A stretch of DNA of 50,671 bases, taken from NCBI GenBank assembly GCA_002104905.1, contig MCFE01000640.1, positions 1 to 50,671 on the forward strand, given 5' to 3'. The stretch comes from Basidiobolus meristosporus CBS 931.73 (taxonomy: Eukaryota; Fungi; Basidiobolomycota). The notes under the pieces were generated by a model. It saw only the letters and a list, made by a program, of their open reading frames with translations. It had not been told where the DNA came from and searched no databases. Within the stretch, counting starts at the first letter, position 1. Each line of letters opens with the position of its first letter. Made by a program: the position numbers and the translations under genes. Shown piece by piece: positions 11,452-23,959 of the stretch.

Positions 11452-12839
11452 TGTTGGGGAAACTCTTGAAACAGCGTGGCTTTTATAGTTCCTACTCTCG
11501 GTCTGGAACTCCAAACCTGGAATCATTTGACAGAAATGGCGATCGAAGCAACTGACCGCAGAGAAGAACCTTCCTACAAATCGGTTTCCATGACTCACCT
11601 GACCTGCCATAAATGGTAAGCCCAATAGGACAGCACATGATGTACCAACACCTAGTACAAATCAAGGTGATCTGGGTGACAAATGGGAATGATCGTGAAC
11701 TTTGTGGTCCATTGGGTTGTGCTGCTTTATGGAACTGAATATCAGAAACTCTCGGGTTCAGATATTCCTTGATTTATCCATGTCTTAGGCGTCTGCTAGT
11801 CTTTCCAGAACACCATTTTACTCGTTGGTAACTACGTTGAGTGGGCCCACCTCACCCAATTTCGCTCCAGAAGCAATACTAGTCTCGCTGATCATGCAAG
11901 GTCTGTGCTAGTCATACAAGGAGTTGTGCCTAACCACGAGTAACTAGCTTTGAATGTTGAGAATCTCCATCGAATATGACTCAACATCACAATCACGCCA
12001 TTCTAACTCGGAATCCAATCAAAGCCAACCTTTATGATGACTGATATCCCAAACATTCCCAAGTCCTCTATCTAATATAATATTCAGCTACCTCATAAGG
12101 AATGCCCTTGTCTCGTTATGCCCCTGCTTGCTACCATGAAACCTTAGATATGCGGTAGCTAGCTGCCATCGCTCCTAAACTCAGATTCTGATACCTCCCC
12201 TGTTCGTCATTACTGGATGCCACAGGTTTTCAACGATAATCCATAGATAGCATTTAGTTGGTTGAACTACCAGAGCATCACCGGACAACATAAGGGATTA
12301 ATGCACTGTGGGAACGAAACGGGTCTCTGCACTCCCCAAATCAGTGGAGCTCGAAAGTTATCACTCGCGATAAGATTTCGCTTATCCGCTCATGTGACCC
12401 ATTACCAAATACTGTTGGTCACCCGTCGAATTTCTGGAAATAGTAATGAATAGAAAGTACTGCACTGCCCCGTGTTGTTGCCTATGCGCCACGCTTTGAA
12501 TAGCCGACCCCACGATACAACAGCATTCATTGGAAACACCTTCACATTTCCCAATTCGCCCACTCCCACGGAAATCCCGCATGTCACAATGGATTTTAAG
12601 AAGGCCCCTCAAGTCACACAGGAATCCGAGTGACTGGTAAGGAAAGGTATTAAATCCTTTATTCCCTCAAAAGAATGTTCGGATGAGGACAAATGAATGA
12701 TGCTGATGGTAATGGTAATGGTAATGATATCGGTATCGGTATCGGTATTGATGTTGGTATTGGTATTGGTATAGTGGTAATATGGGTCACAGCTATGGGT
12801 AACATCGAACTATGTATTAAAATCGACGGTAACCGGTCT

Positions 12840-13987
12840 TTAAGCAAAAATTAGATACGCGTTGATCGCTCCAATCACAATGGTCCAAAATGAGGGATCG
12901 AATGCTAGGGTGGATGAGCTTTGGCCAGGAATACCTCGCTTCTTCAACGACACTGGTGTGCTGGAGTCCGGGTCAGCACTACCGGACTCAGAGTCCGTGT
13001 CTGCGTCAGTGTCAGTAGTATCATCGGTGCTTTCTCCATCGTTGTTGTCATCAGGACTGGGAGTGCTTGTGTTGGGGTTAGGAGTGAGAGTGCTGGTGCC
13101 CGAGGGCATGGCCGTGTTCTGGTAAGGTGCCAGGTTGGCACATTCGTAAGCAAGGACAAAGTGGAAGCTGTATTGATCCAAGAGCTGGGCAATGGCCGGC
13201 GTTTGTTTAACCGTATCGATGTATAGGTCATGCTGCAGGGAGATGAACCCCGGTCGTTGTGAGCATTCAGTTCCGTCCCGTTGATAATCGCCGACTTGAA
13301 TGAGTCCAGAATCAGGCTGGCGCTTTCATTCTTGTCCGATATATCCCAGTCCAGAGTGTCCATGTTCCACAAAAGGGTGTGATATCCCATGGCCTTGAAG
13401 ATCGCTTTGACACGATCATCAGCCTCGCCATAGGGTGGGCGGATGTATGCCGGCACTGCCCCAGTGATGTTGAGAAGCGCGTTCTCAGTGGCCTTGACCT
13501 CGGCCACAATCTGCTCAGTGGACAGGGACATCAAATGAGGATGAGACCATGTGTGCGAGGCGATCTGGTGCCCCTCGTCGTAGGCCCTTTTGACCACATC
13601 CGGATACTGAACTGCATTCGAGCCGATTATTTGGAAGGTGGCTTTCACGTTGGCCGAGGCAAGGATGTCCAGCAATTCCGAAGTGTATTGGGATGGTCCA
13701 TCGTCAAACGTCAATGCCCACTGACCGGTCTGGCAACCATAGATATCATCAGCCAACGGACAGTTGCCACAGGTTTCCCAACAGTTCTCACAGTCACCAG
13801 GCCCACACTGAGAATCCGGACAGGTTCCTGAGCCTACTGGTCTGGGGGCGGTGTCCGGAACACTGGAAAGGTCGTACTGGCTAACCCATGCTGGGTCGAT
13901 GGTGGCAAGAGCGGAAGGCCCGGCATCTTGTGCACTTGCCAAGCCGAAAAGGAACAAGGCTGTGAACGAGGCGGACTGAATATGCAT
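12840..13987 (-). pseudogene. Chitin deacetylase (CE4) copy 1 with a 1-nt deletion at ~13251 (pseudogene or assembly error)
   Basis: Near-identical to 15382-16554; gaaccccggtc versus gaaccccaggtc in copy 2 shifts the frame just before the LQHD motif. Confidence 0.8.
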
Positions 13988-15381
13988 TAGAATGGGAGTG
14001 GGAATGGGAATGGAATGGAAATAGGAATGTGACTGATAACGAGATGGCTATTTGGATGGAATGGCCTTGCCAGCTACTTATACTACTCCGCTTACCGTGT
14101 AGGGCTTGGGGCATTCCCACTCGTAAGTGGATGTCACAGTCGTTGGCCGGAACGACAGCAATCAAGTGATGACTCAGGTATTTTTGGCATCACTTTATTT
14201 ATGGCAAGCACTTAGCCTAAGGAAGCCATAACGTTCCACCACATATATCGTTTGCAGATGTCTATGGTTTTGATTCAGGAGGGGAATATCAGCATCTGGA
14301 TTTATTCCCTTTTATGGTATCCTAGGGGGCCAAACCGCCTCCTAATGAAAAATCAACGTGCAGTACAGGCTTGTACGAAGGCAGTTGGTTAGGACTCCAT
14401 AAAGTGGGAGATTCGATCAGATTCATTGATTGTATATCAGCCATGTGTCAATCCATAATAGATCGACAAAATGGAGCCTTGTGGCTTATGATCAAGTCGG
14501 TGCTTTGGTGAGTAGCACTTACCCCGGTATCTAAAATTGTTGCCAGCTGTACTTTCCTCAGAGGGGTTTTTTAGCTGTGGGGTGGCATTTCAAACCTTAT
14601 ATATACAGGGTTTTAGCCGACTTATGAATCGGAATGAGGGGTTCTGTAGTGCTTATCATTACCCAGAACAAATTACGATGATCTTTGTGATATATAGGAA
14701 TGATCATGCACTTGGTTGACCATTGGGCCGCATGCTTAATGGAAACGATCAACAGAAACTCTTGCAGTGAGATATTCCTGGAGTAATTATGTCTAAAGCA
14801 TGTCTGGAGGGCTTTCCAGAACATCGACCCACATGCTCATAATCATCGCTGTCATACGACTCTTATTGTGGTGTACCACTTTTCTCCTAAATAGCTTGAA
14901 TGCGCAATCCGTTCCGGCAGTGGCAATAGCTTTACTGATCGTTTGGGGCTTCCGCTGGTCATATTCTGAGCAATTATCTCTTATGTGACATTGAGAATCG
15001 CCTTCGAGTATAGAGACAAGTGGCCGTTGTATGCTACAAACCTAGTTTTACGCATATCGAACTAGGAATGCGACTTGACCAACAGACACCATTGACGTAA
15101 TATATGATGAATAAAGGGAACCACGTAATCCTATGTTGTTGATTGTTAACTATACTGAGGATCATGGTACCAACCAGTATTGTGCTTTCCTACGGAGATA
15201 TTGAAGGCACATCAAGTCACAAAGGAATCCAGGTGACTGATAAGGGGAAGTTAAGTAGATGAAACTTTATTCTCCCAAAATAATGATTGGATCATGACAG
15301 ACGATAGATGGGAACCAAAATGGTGAAATGCTAACATAGAGCATAATTATGGGTAACCTCGATATCGGATGGTAACGAGCC

Positions 15382-16554
15382 CTAAGCAAACATCAGGTAT
15401 CCGTTGATCACCCCAATCACAATGGTCCAAAACGAGGGATCGAATGTCAGGGTGGATGAGCTTTGACCAGGAATACCTCGCTTCTTCAACAACACTGGTA
15501 TGCCAGAGTCAGGTTCAGTACTATCGGACTCCGTGTCTGTGTCTGTGTCTGCGTCAGTGTCAGTGTCAGTGTCAGTGTCAGTAGTATCATCGGTGCTGTC
15601 TCCATCGTTGTTGTCATCAGGACTGGGAGTGCTTGCGCTGGGGTTAGGAGTGAGAGTGCTGGTGCCCGAGGGCATGGCCGTGTTCTGGTAAGGTGCCAGG
15701 TTGGCACATTCGTAAGCAAGGACAAAGTGGAAGCTGTATTGATCCAAGAGCTGGGCAATGGCCGGTGTTTGTCTGACAGTGTCGATGTATAGGTCATGCT
15801 GCAGAGAGATGAACCCCAGGTCATTGTGAGCATTCAGCTCCGTCCCGCTGACAATCGCCGACTTGAATGAGTCCAGAATCAGGCTGGCGCTTTCGTTCTT
15901 GTCCGATATATCCCAGTCCAGAGTGTCCATGTTCCACAAAAGGGTGTGATATCCCATGGCCTTGAAGATCGCTTTGACACGATCATCAGCCTCGCCATAG
16001 GGTGGGCGGATGTATGCCGGCACTGCCCCAGTGATGTTGAGAAGCGCGTTCTCAGTGGCCTTGACCTCGGCCACAATCTGCTCAGTGGACAGGGACATCA
16101 AATGAGGATGAGACCATGTGTGCGAGGCGATCTGGTGCCCCTCGTCGTAGGCCCTTTTGACCACATCCGGATACTGAACTGCATTCGAGCCGATTATTTG
16201 GAAGGTGGCTTTCACGTTGGCCGAGGCAAGGATGTCCAGCAATTCCGAAGTGTATTGGGATGGTCCATCGTCAAACGTCAATGCCCACTGACCGGTCTGG
16301 CAACCATAGATATCATCAGCCAACGGACAGTTGCCACAGGTTTCCCAACAGTTCTCACAGTCACCAGGCCCACATTGAGAATTCGGACAGGTGCCTGAGC
16401 CTACTGGTCTGGGGGCGGTGTCCGGAACACTGGAAAGGTCGTACTGGCTAACCCATGCTGGGTCGATGGTGGCAAGAGCGGAAGGCCCGGCATCTTGTGC
16501 ACTTGCCAAGCCGAAAAGGAACATGGCTGTGAACGAGGCGGACTGAATATGCAT
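15382..16554 (-). CDS. Chitin deacetylase (CE4/NodB), secreted, probable GPI anchor, 390 aa
   Basis: TFDDGP, HTWSHPHL, RPPYG, LWNMDTLDW, LQHD; signal peptide; S/T/D linker; hydrophobic C-terminus. Confidence 0.93.
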   Translation of the reverse strand: MHIQSASFTAMFLFGLASAQDAGPSALATIDPAWVSQYDLSSVPDTAPRPVGSGTCPNSQCGPGDCENCWETCGNCPLADDIYGCQTGQWALTFDDGPSQYTSELLDILASANVKATFQIIGSNAVQYPDVVKRAYDEGHQIASHTWSHPHLMSLSTEQIVAEVKATENALLNITGAVPAYIRPPYGEADDRVKAIFKAMGYHTLLWNMDTLDWDISDKNESASLILDSFKSAIVSGTELNAHNDLGFISLQHDLYIDTVRQTPAIAQLLDQYSFHFVLAYECANLAPYQNTAMPSGTSTLTPNPSASTPSPDDNNDGDSTDDTTDTDTDTDTDADTDTDTESDSTEPDSGIPVLLKKRGIPGQSSSTLTFDPSFWTIVIGVINGYLMFA

Positions 16555-17321
16555 TAGAATGGGAGTGGGAATGGGAATGGGAATGGAAATAGGAATGTGA
16601 CTGATAACGAGATGGCTATTTGGATGGAATGGCCTTGCCAGCTACTTATACTACTCGGCTTACCGTGTAGGGCTTGGGGCATTCCCACTCGTAAGTGGAT
16701 GTCACAGTCGTTGGCCGGAACAACAGCAATCAAGTGATGACTCAGGTATTTTTGGCATCACTTTATTTATGGCAAGCACTTAGCCTAAGGAAGCCATAAC
16801 GTTCCACCACATATATCGTTTGCAGATGTCTATGGTTTCGATTCGGAGGGGAATATCAGCATCTGGATTAATTCCCTTTTATGGATTTCAGGAGAGATGC
16901 ACCAAGGTCATAGCTTGTTTTGGGCAAACTATTCCCCAGTGTGTAGTATCGGTTTGTATATGGTCAGTTGATTAAAACTCTGTGTAAAGTGAGAGACAAA
17001 ATCAGTTTCATTGATTGTATCTCAGCCAAGTATCGACCCATAATGAATCTCCAAAACAAAGCCTTATTGCAGATAACCGGAACACCGCTGGATGACAAGC
17101 AACTCACCCTAAATATGTGTGCATCACTATTCTTAGTCATTTTGCTAAAAATAACTGGCGAAAACTGCTTAAAGTTAACCATCTTTTGGCCTATTCCTTG
17201 GCCGCTCAAGGTTAAAGTAAGAATACCCCCAGAATCAATATGGATCTAACTTATTTATGTATATAATATGTACATCGAAATTGACAGTATATACAGCATT
17301 GCGTATGGTGTACATAGAGAA

Positions 17322-18323
17322 CTAATTGGAAGGAAGGTAATATGATGGAGGAGTATCGGAAGCTGATGGTAAAGTACAGTAAGAGGGGGGTAACTCTGCC
17401 AGTGTGTACATAGGGAGTTGATCCAACTCTGACTGGCCAATTGAGGCAACTATCTCGAGTGGAATGGTCAGTGTAGTGGAATCTTTCTGGCCGTTTTCTA
17501 ACTCCCAGTCGAAGCGCACTACCAGGTTGTGCATAACCTCCACAAGCGGGTTGATACAATGAAGGATAGCACTCTCTGGTATGGCCATGAGTAATGTCTT
17601 TGAGTGGTTGTTAGAGTTGAGTGGGGTGGAGGTGAAGCTAAGACGCTTCATATACTCCGCGACCGATACCCGCCTTTGGTCACTCCTGGATGGGATGTGG
17701 AAGTGTACATATTGTTTGAGTGTACAGGCAACATTGGTCACCTTCACCTCTGGATCGAGTGCCTCTCCTGATACCAGAACATCGAATTTCTCACCTGGAG
17801 TGTATTTTGTGGTTGGCAACATAACTTTGCAGGAGATCTTATTGGGGAGGCTCTGCTCGGTGGTGTTTTCGTCAGGAACCTCGTCCAATGTGTCGATGTT
17901 TCGCTGCACATGAATCGGGACTTTGGACTTCAATCCGGATCCGAGGAACGTGGTTTCAGCGATCGCTTTCAGAGTATACCGGATCTTTCCAAACTCCCCT
18001 CGGAATGATTCGGGGAGATCGTTCGGAACCAGAATCTCGAAGGGGAAGATGTGTCTGCCAGATAATGGGACCGCTTTCTGATGTTCGAATAGAGTGACCG
18101 AGAGGTCGATAATATTGCGACGAGTCTTTTTGATGCAACCGGGGAATTGCATCGACAACTTGCCATCAAAATTCAGGTACAACCGTTTGACCTTCAATAT
18201 GGTGCTGGAGTCGAAGGTGACTGTCCCGCGCAAGCTCATTCTCTGCTCCTCCAAGCCTAGATACGGGCTCGTATAGAGGGAGTCACTCTGCAATGTGATG
18301 CTGACTGATGATGATGAGAACAT
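17322..18323 (-). CDS. Alpha-arrestin (ART-like adaptor), 333 aa
   Basis: LRGTV, HIFPFEILVPNDLPESF, GKIRYTLKA; C-terminal PY motifs LPMY, LPPSY, PPSY. Confidence 0.88.
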   Translation of the reverse strand: MFSSSSVSITLQSDSLYTSPYLGLEEQRMSLRGTVTFDSSTILKVKRLYLNFDGKLSMQFPGCIKKTRRNIIDLSVTLFEHQKAVPLSGRHIFPFEILVPNDLPESFRGEFGKIRYTLKAIAETTFLGSGLKSKVPIHVQRNIDTLDEVPDENTTEQSLPNKISCKVMLPTTKYTPGEKFDVLVSGEALDPEVKVTNVACTLKQYVHFHIPSRSDQRRVSVAEYMKRLSFTSTPLNSNNHSKTLLMAIPESAILHCINPLVEVMHNLVVRFDWELENGQKDSTTLTIPLEIVASIGQSELDQLPMYTLAELPPSYCTLPSASDTPPSYYLPSN

Positions 18324-19470
18324 CTTACCGAATGGTACGGCGTCTTAACCGCAAGGAGCCCCCTATTTATATGTGACTGGCAGCATAAGCACCACCCACA
18401 GATAGCTAGATTGTTATCAGACAATTAAAAAAATCAATAAAGAGGAAAATCAACATTGACTAATCAGCATTTATTGAGATAGAAAATTGCTCATTGTAGC
18501 TCATTAGCTTATTAGCCCATTTGCCGCAAGCTTGTTAATCGATCCGCATATCTAGCGAACCCACTAAGTAGGAGAGTTGACACCTATCTGGTTTCACAAT
18601 GGAAGCTTGGATTGATTAGTGCAGATGTATATATAGATGCAATCAGAGAGGTAACCAGAGAGGCAACCATTGTAATTCAGAAATTCCCAATTCTGCAATT
18701 TGGGGGGCATCATAGGAACGGTTGATTACCTTACCATATCAGGCCAATGAGGCTATCAAGTTAATAATTATCGAATGACCAAATCTACAATCCATGCTTG
18801 CTGATAACGGGATGCGTAGTTAACCATTGTTGTTATCTCAGGGACCGTGTAACTGCGTAATTAATCATTGTTGTTATCGTGTTACTGTGTATTTAATCGT
18901 GGTTGCGCTACAGATCGCTATCGTGCTTCGCCATAACAAGAAAGTGTATGATCACAACAATTGGCGCAAGGGCCAGATCATCATGATAAGTGGGCATGGA
19001 CGAGTGTCCGATCCAACCCTAAACCACGTTTTTTGCTAATCCGCAAAAATGATGATTTCACTGCTATATTTGGCAAGTATGCTATCTTTCCTATCTTCTG
19101 GATAACGGGAGCACCAAAGAGAGTAGCAAATCTTTTTTCCGGCAGTAGCAATAATTATCATTGCCATTTGGGGCCAATTCTAGCACCATTCGGTATCAAG
19201 ATGAAGTCATATCGATACTATGTGTACATGTTTCCAAAAATGCCAGGGAGTGTGTTTTCAAAAATCCGTTGAGTAATGTGCGTTATCGAGGGAACACCGT
19301 TTACTCTATGCTATCAGCTGCCTTCACAACAATCATTGATCCGGCAAAAGGCTATCGATATCATAGATATAGCTGATCTCTGATTCTGACTGCTTTATCG
19401 GAAAGCGAGACTATATATTGAGGCGGATCAGGGGTTAGTATCCCCCATCGACAGCATATCACAAACCATC

Positions 19471-20472
19471 ATGTTCTCATCATCTTCACTTGACATTTAC
19501 CTTCAGAGCGACACGCTTTACTCAAACCCCTACCACCATGAAGATGCCTCTCCACTGAGTCTTCGTGGCAGTGTGGTTTTGAACACAAACTCGGCAGTCA
19601 AGATCAAGCAGATCTATCTACAATTCAGCGGTAAGCTCTCCATGATGTTTCCCGCTGCGATCAAGAAAACCCGTCGCAACCTTATTCAGCAGACGGTCGT
19701 ACTGTTCGGCGATCAAGAAAAAATGACCCCGATCAGCGGACGTCATACATTCCCCTTCGAGATCCTGCTTCCCAATGACCTGCCCGAATCATTCCAGCAG
19801 GGTTTCGGGAAGATCAAGTACACACTGAAGGCGGTCGCCGAAACCTCCTTCATCAGCTCCGATCTCAAGTCCGAGGTCCCAGTGTATGTCCACCGCAATG
19901 GTGCCGCACTGGAAGAGCCTACCGAGGAGTATTCCTTGGAAAAGAGCCTTGCCAGCAAGCTCTCCTGCAAAATTTCATTGCCCACCGTCAACTACACTCC
20001 TGGTGAGAAGTTCGATGTGCAAGTGTCTGCCACTGCCCTGGATTCGGATCTAAGGGTGACAAACGTGAACTGCTCCCTTAAGGAATTCGCCCATTTCCGC
20101 GTCCCCTCCAAGAGCGACCATACTCGAGTGCTGGTAGCCGAGTATGTTAATCGACTCGGCTTTGCTTCTACGCACTTCAATGCCGACGAGCAGACAAAAA
20201 CCATCGTCATGAAGACCCCGGAAGACGCGAGCCTTAGCTGCGCCAATCATCTTGTTGATATCACCCATGAGTTGCTTATCCGAGTATACTTCGAACAGGC
20301 AGCTGGCGGAATCGACTATTTCACAATCCATGTTCCCATTGATGTTGTTTCCCAGACCATAACGTCAGAACTTGACCAACTGCCCGTGTACCGTCCAGTC
20401 GAACTCCCACCAACCTACAAGAGTTGCGTGGAAGAGATCGCCCTGCCTCCAGCTTACTGCTCTGTGGCCTAA
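19471..20472 (+). CDS. Alpha-arrestin (ART-like adaptor), 333 aa, paralog of 17322-18323
   Basis: LRGSV, HTFPFEILLPNDLPESF, GKIKYTLKA; PY motifs LPVY, LPPTY, LPPAY. Confidence 0.88.
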   Translation: MFSSSSLDIYLQSDTLYSNPYHHEDASPLSLRGSVVLNTNSAVKIKQIYLQFSGKLSMMFPAAIKKTRRNLIQQTVVLFGDQEKMTPISGRHTFPFEILLPNDLPESFQQGFGKIKYTLKAVAETSFISSDLKSEVPVYVHRNGAALEEPTEEYSLEKSLASKLSCKISLPTVNYTPGEKFDVQVSATALDSDLRVTNVNCSLKEFAHFRVPSKSDHTRVLVAEYVNRLGFASTHFNADEQTKTIVMKTPEDASLSCANHLVDITHELLIRVYFEQAAGGIDYFTIHVPIDVVSQTITSELDQLPVYRPVELPPTYKSCVEEIALPPAYCSVA

Positions 20473-20986
20473 CTGTACATCTAGAATAGACTCATGTTAA
20501 TATTGTAAACAACATCCTGTAATTTAATTAACGTAACATAAAATAAATAGAATCATCCAAAGCTAATCTTGTGCGATTAAGTGCTGCTTAACACAACCAG
20601 GGGTTTAATCAACATTGCGGAGGACCCAGCATGATGGATGTTTAGTGATTAACATTAGTTGCGTTTGTTTGTTGATCATTCCTGCAGAAACAGGCGGCAG
20701 TTGAAAAAGAAAACAAAGAAAAAATTTTATCGCGGGGTTTTTTTTCTGGACGATACTGATGATGATGAGCTCGAGTCCCTGGGGAATCTAGTAGAAAGTA
20801 ACAGAAGGAAATCCTTTTTTTCGTTTTTTTTCGGTTGATTTCGGTGGCCCCGAACCGTATCTCTCGAATTCGACACCCCCTCTAGCTGACCCCCGGTTTG
20901 CTTGGGTGATTACAATTCAACTGTGATTTTTGTTTAGTGTTCCTATCGCTCTTCTTTAGTAAAATAAAGCAATAGAATAACTGACA

Positions 20987-22971
20987 ATGAGCGCTGTTTA
21001 CGCAACTGACGAGTACGGTCGCCCCTTCATCATCGTTAGGGAGCAACAAAAGAAGAGCAGACTCTCTGGTATCGAGGCACAGAAGGTGAGTATTGCTCTT
21101 GATCTGCCCTGGCTCGCAACACCCCGGGCACAGAAAGACTTCCCCTCGAAACGACCGGCCCGTGTTAATCGACCGCTTTTATCTCCCCTACTGTAGTCGC
21201 ACATCTTGGCCGCCAAAACTGTTGCCAACATCATCAAATCCTCCTTGGGTCCCAGAGGTAGTATAGTCAGCATTTACTCACCTTTCACACATATCCCATG
21301 GTCATTTCTCATCTGTTACTCCATTCCCATCTACCCGTCCCCACCTTCCCTTCATATGTTAAACCTTCTCTTGTTTAGGTCTTGATAAGATCTTGATTTC
21401 CCCTGACGGCGATATCACCGTCACCAACGATGGTGCCACCATCTTGGGCCAGATGGAGGTTGAACACCAAATTGCCAAACTCTTGGTACAGCTGTCCAAG
21501 TCCCAAGATGACGAGATCGGTGATGGTACCACTGGCGTAGTCGGTAGGTTATCCACGGCACCAGACGTTGTATGTCTCTCCTGAGGAGAAGTAACCAATT
21601 TCGTACGATTGTAGTTCTTGCCGGCGCTTTGTTGGAGCAGACCGAGGACCTTTTGAACCGCGGTATCCACCCCATCAGAATCTCCGACGGTTTCGAGAGA
21701 GCCTGCCAGGTTGCTATCTCCCACTTGGAAAACGTGTCCGACGTGGTCGAGTTCAGCAAAGACAACACCGAGAACTTGTTCAAGACCGCCATGACCAGTT
21801 TGGGCAGCAAGATGTAAGTGCCTCCACCACCCGCCTCTCTCGTGGCGTTGTTTGATTCTGACATTGCCCTTCCAGCGTATCCAAGTGCCATTCCCAATTC
21901 GCTCAGATCGCCGTCGATGCCGTCTTGGCCGTGGCTGATCTCGAACGCCGAGATGTCGACTTCGAGTTGATCAAGGTCGACGGTAAGGTTGGTGGCTCCA
22001 TGAGCGACACCGTTCTCGTCAAGGGTGTCGTCGTGGACAAGGAGATCTCCCATCCTCAGATGCCCCGTGACATCAAGGATGCCAAGATCGCCATCCTCAC
22101 ATGCCCCTTCGAGCCCCCCAAGCCCAAGACCAAGCACAAGCTTGACATCACCAGTGTCGAGGAGTACAAGAAGTTGCAGGAGTACGAGCGGGACCAGTTC
22201 GAAGGAATGATCAAGAAGGTCAAGGACTCCGGAGCCAACCTCGTCGTTTGCCAATGGGGCTTCGATGACGAGGCCAACCATCTCCTCTTGCAAAACAAAC
22301 TCCCTGCCGTGCGCTGGGTTGGTGGCCCCGAGCTCGAGTTGATCGCCATTGCCACCAACGGTAGAATCGTGCCTCGCTTTGAAGACCTTGCTCCCGAGAA
22401 GCTTGGTACTGCTGGCCACGTTCATGAGCTCTCGTTCGGTACTACCAAGGATCGCATGCTTGTCATCGAGGAATGCGCCAACTCCCGTGCCGTCACCGTG
22501 TTTGTGCGTGGTGGCAACAAGATGATCATCGACGAAGCCAAGCGTTCCCTTCACGATGCCATCTGCGTTGTCCGTAACTTGGTGCGCGACAACCGTGTGG
22601 TCTACGGTGGTGGTGCCGCCGAGGTGGCCTGCTCATTGGCCGTCTCCAAGGCAGCCGACGAGATCTCCTCCATCGAGCAATACGCCATGCGCGCCTTCGC
22701 CGCCGCCCTCGATTCCGTGCCACTGACCTTGGCCGAGAACAGCGGTCTCTCCCCCATCGAGACTTTGGCCGATGTCAAGTCTCGCCAAGTCACAGAGGAC
22801 AACTTCCGTCTTGGTGTGGATTGCATGTTGAAGGGCAGCAACGACATGCGTGAACAACACGTCTTCGACCCACTCATCTCCAAACGCCAACAATTCCTCC
22901 TTGCCACCCAGCTGGTCAAGATGATCCTCAAGATCGACGATGTCATCACCACCGCCCCCGACCAACAGTAG
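20987..22971 (+). CDS. CCT5: T-complex protein 1 subunit epsilon; exons 20987-21085, 21197-21257, 21379-21543, 21615-21813, 21876-22971 (539 aa)
   Basis: [47 protein letters not shown]; four GT-AG introns whose removal gives 1620 nt in one frame. Confidence 0.95.
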
Positions 22972-23408
22972 GCTCGCCTGGGTGGGAAAGCAGGTCCACT
23001 TGATCTCTCAACACACACTCTCTACCCTCCCCATTTCGTTGTTCCCCAACCACGAAACATCCACTCCCCGACTTGATAAAGATGTCATGTAATGCTTTAT
23101 TTTCCCTCTTTCATATGTCTTAATATATTTGATGTAAACTGTTGCAATCACCAATCGAGGTTCTTGTGTGGTGAGGTCTGTGGGAAGGGGGTGAACAGAG
23201 GTGGGTTGGGATTGGACTGGGACTGGGACTGGGATTGGCATTGGCATCGGCATCATAGCATTCATCGAGCACAATAAACCCGTTTGTTTCCGCAGAGCGT
23301 GGATTTCCCACTCTACCGGAGTGTGTTACGTGTTCGGTCCAGGGTCACGTTACATTTTCCTACCACCGCTCGCCCACCGAGGCGGTATAAAAGCTCGTCG
23401 AGCGCCCC

Positions 23409-23816
23409 ATGTCCACCATGTCCAAGCTTGTTGAAAAGAAAGGGAGTTGCCATTGCGGAAGGGTCCGATTCACGGTGGACCTCCCGACGGAGGTGACCGT
23501 GGTCGACTGCAATTGCTCCATCTGCCAAAGGAAGGGTGGCCCCCACCTGATCGTCAGCCAGAGCAGGTTCCGCCTGGACCCCGAGAGCGACCAGTTCCTC
23601 ACCAAGTATCAGTTCGGCACCAAGACCGCCCAGCACTTTTTCTGCAACGTGTGCGGCGTGCATCCGTTCAGCATCCCTCGGAGCAACCCGGACGGCTGGG
23701 ATCTGCACGTCGGCTGTCTGGAGGACGTGGGCGATATCCAGATCACCGTCGAGCCTTTCGACGGCCAAAACTGGGAGCAACAGCGCTCCCTTGCCCACCT
23801 GTCGAGCGAATCCTGA
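23409..23816 (+). CDS. GFA/CENP-V family zinc-binding protein
   Basis: GSCHCGRVRF, DCNCSIC, HFFCNVCG; TATAAAA at 23386-23392. Confidence 0.88.
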   Translation: MSTMSKLVEKKGSCHCGRVRFTVDLPTEVTVVDCNCSICQRKGGPHLIVSQSRFRLDPESDQFLTKYQFGTKTAQHFFCNVCGVHPFSIPRSNPDGWDLHVGCLEDVGDIQITVEPFDGQNWEQQRSLAHLSSES

Positions 23817-23959
23817 GCATCAGAAATAAACTGAACGTTCGTCGAGCATTTATTATACATGTTCTGGTTTCCCATTTCGGTGGTACAAAATCTACGGGCT
23901 AAGGGTCGGTCAAGGTTATGGTGAGGGTGGTTGGGGGTGGAAATGGGTGGGCGGCCGGT

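Noticed and set aside
11452-11625. N-terminal extensions of the permease (to 11625) and PRO2 (to 25429)
   Set aside because: TATA position (permease) and the start of recognisable sequence favour the downstream ATGs
16300-16400. Cys-rich N-terminal segment of the deacetylases as a novel domain
   Set aside because: A CW.TCG.C...DI..C segment is a familiar feature of GPI-anchored fungal deacetylases
12706-23250. Hexamer microsatellites (ggtaat/ggtatt, gggaat, gggact/ggcatt) near gene ends
   Set aside because: Ordinary slippage repeats; the ORFs they create are low-complexity
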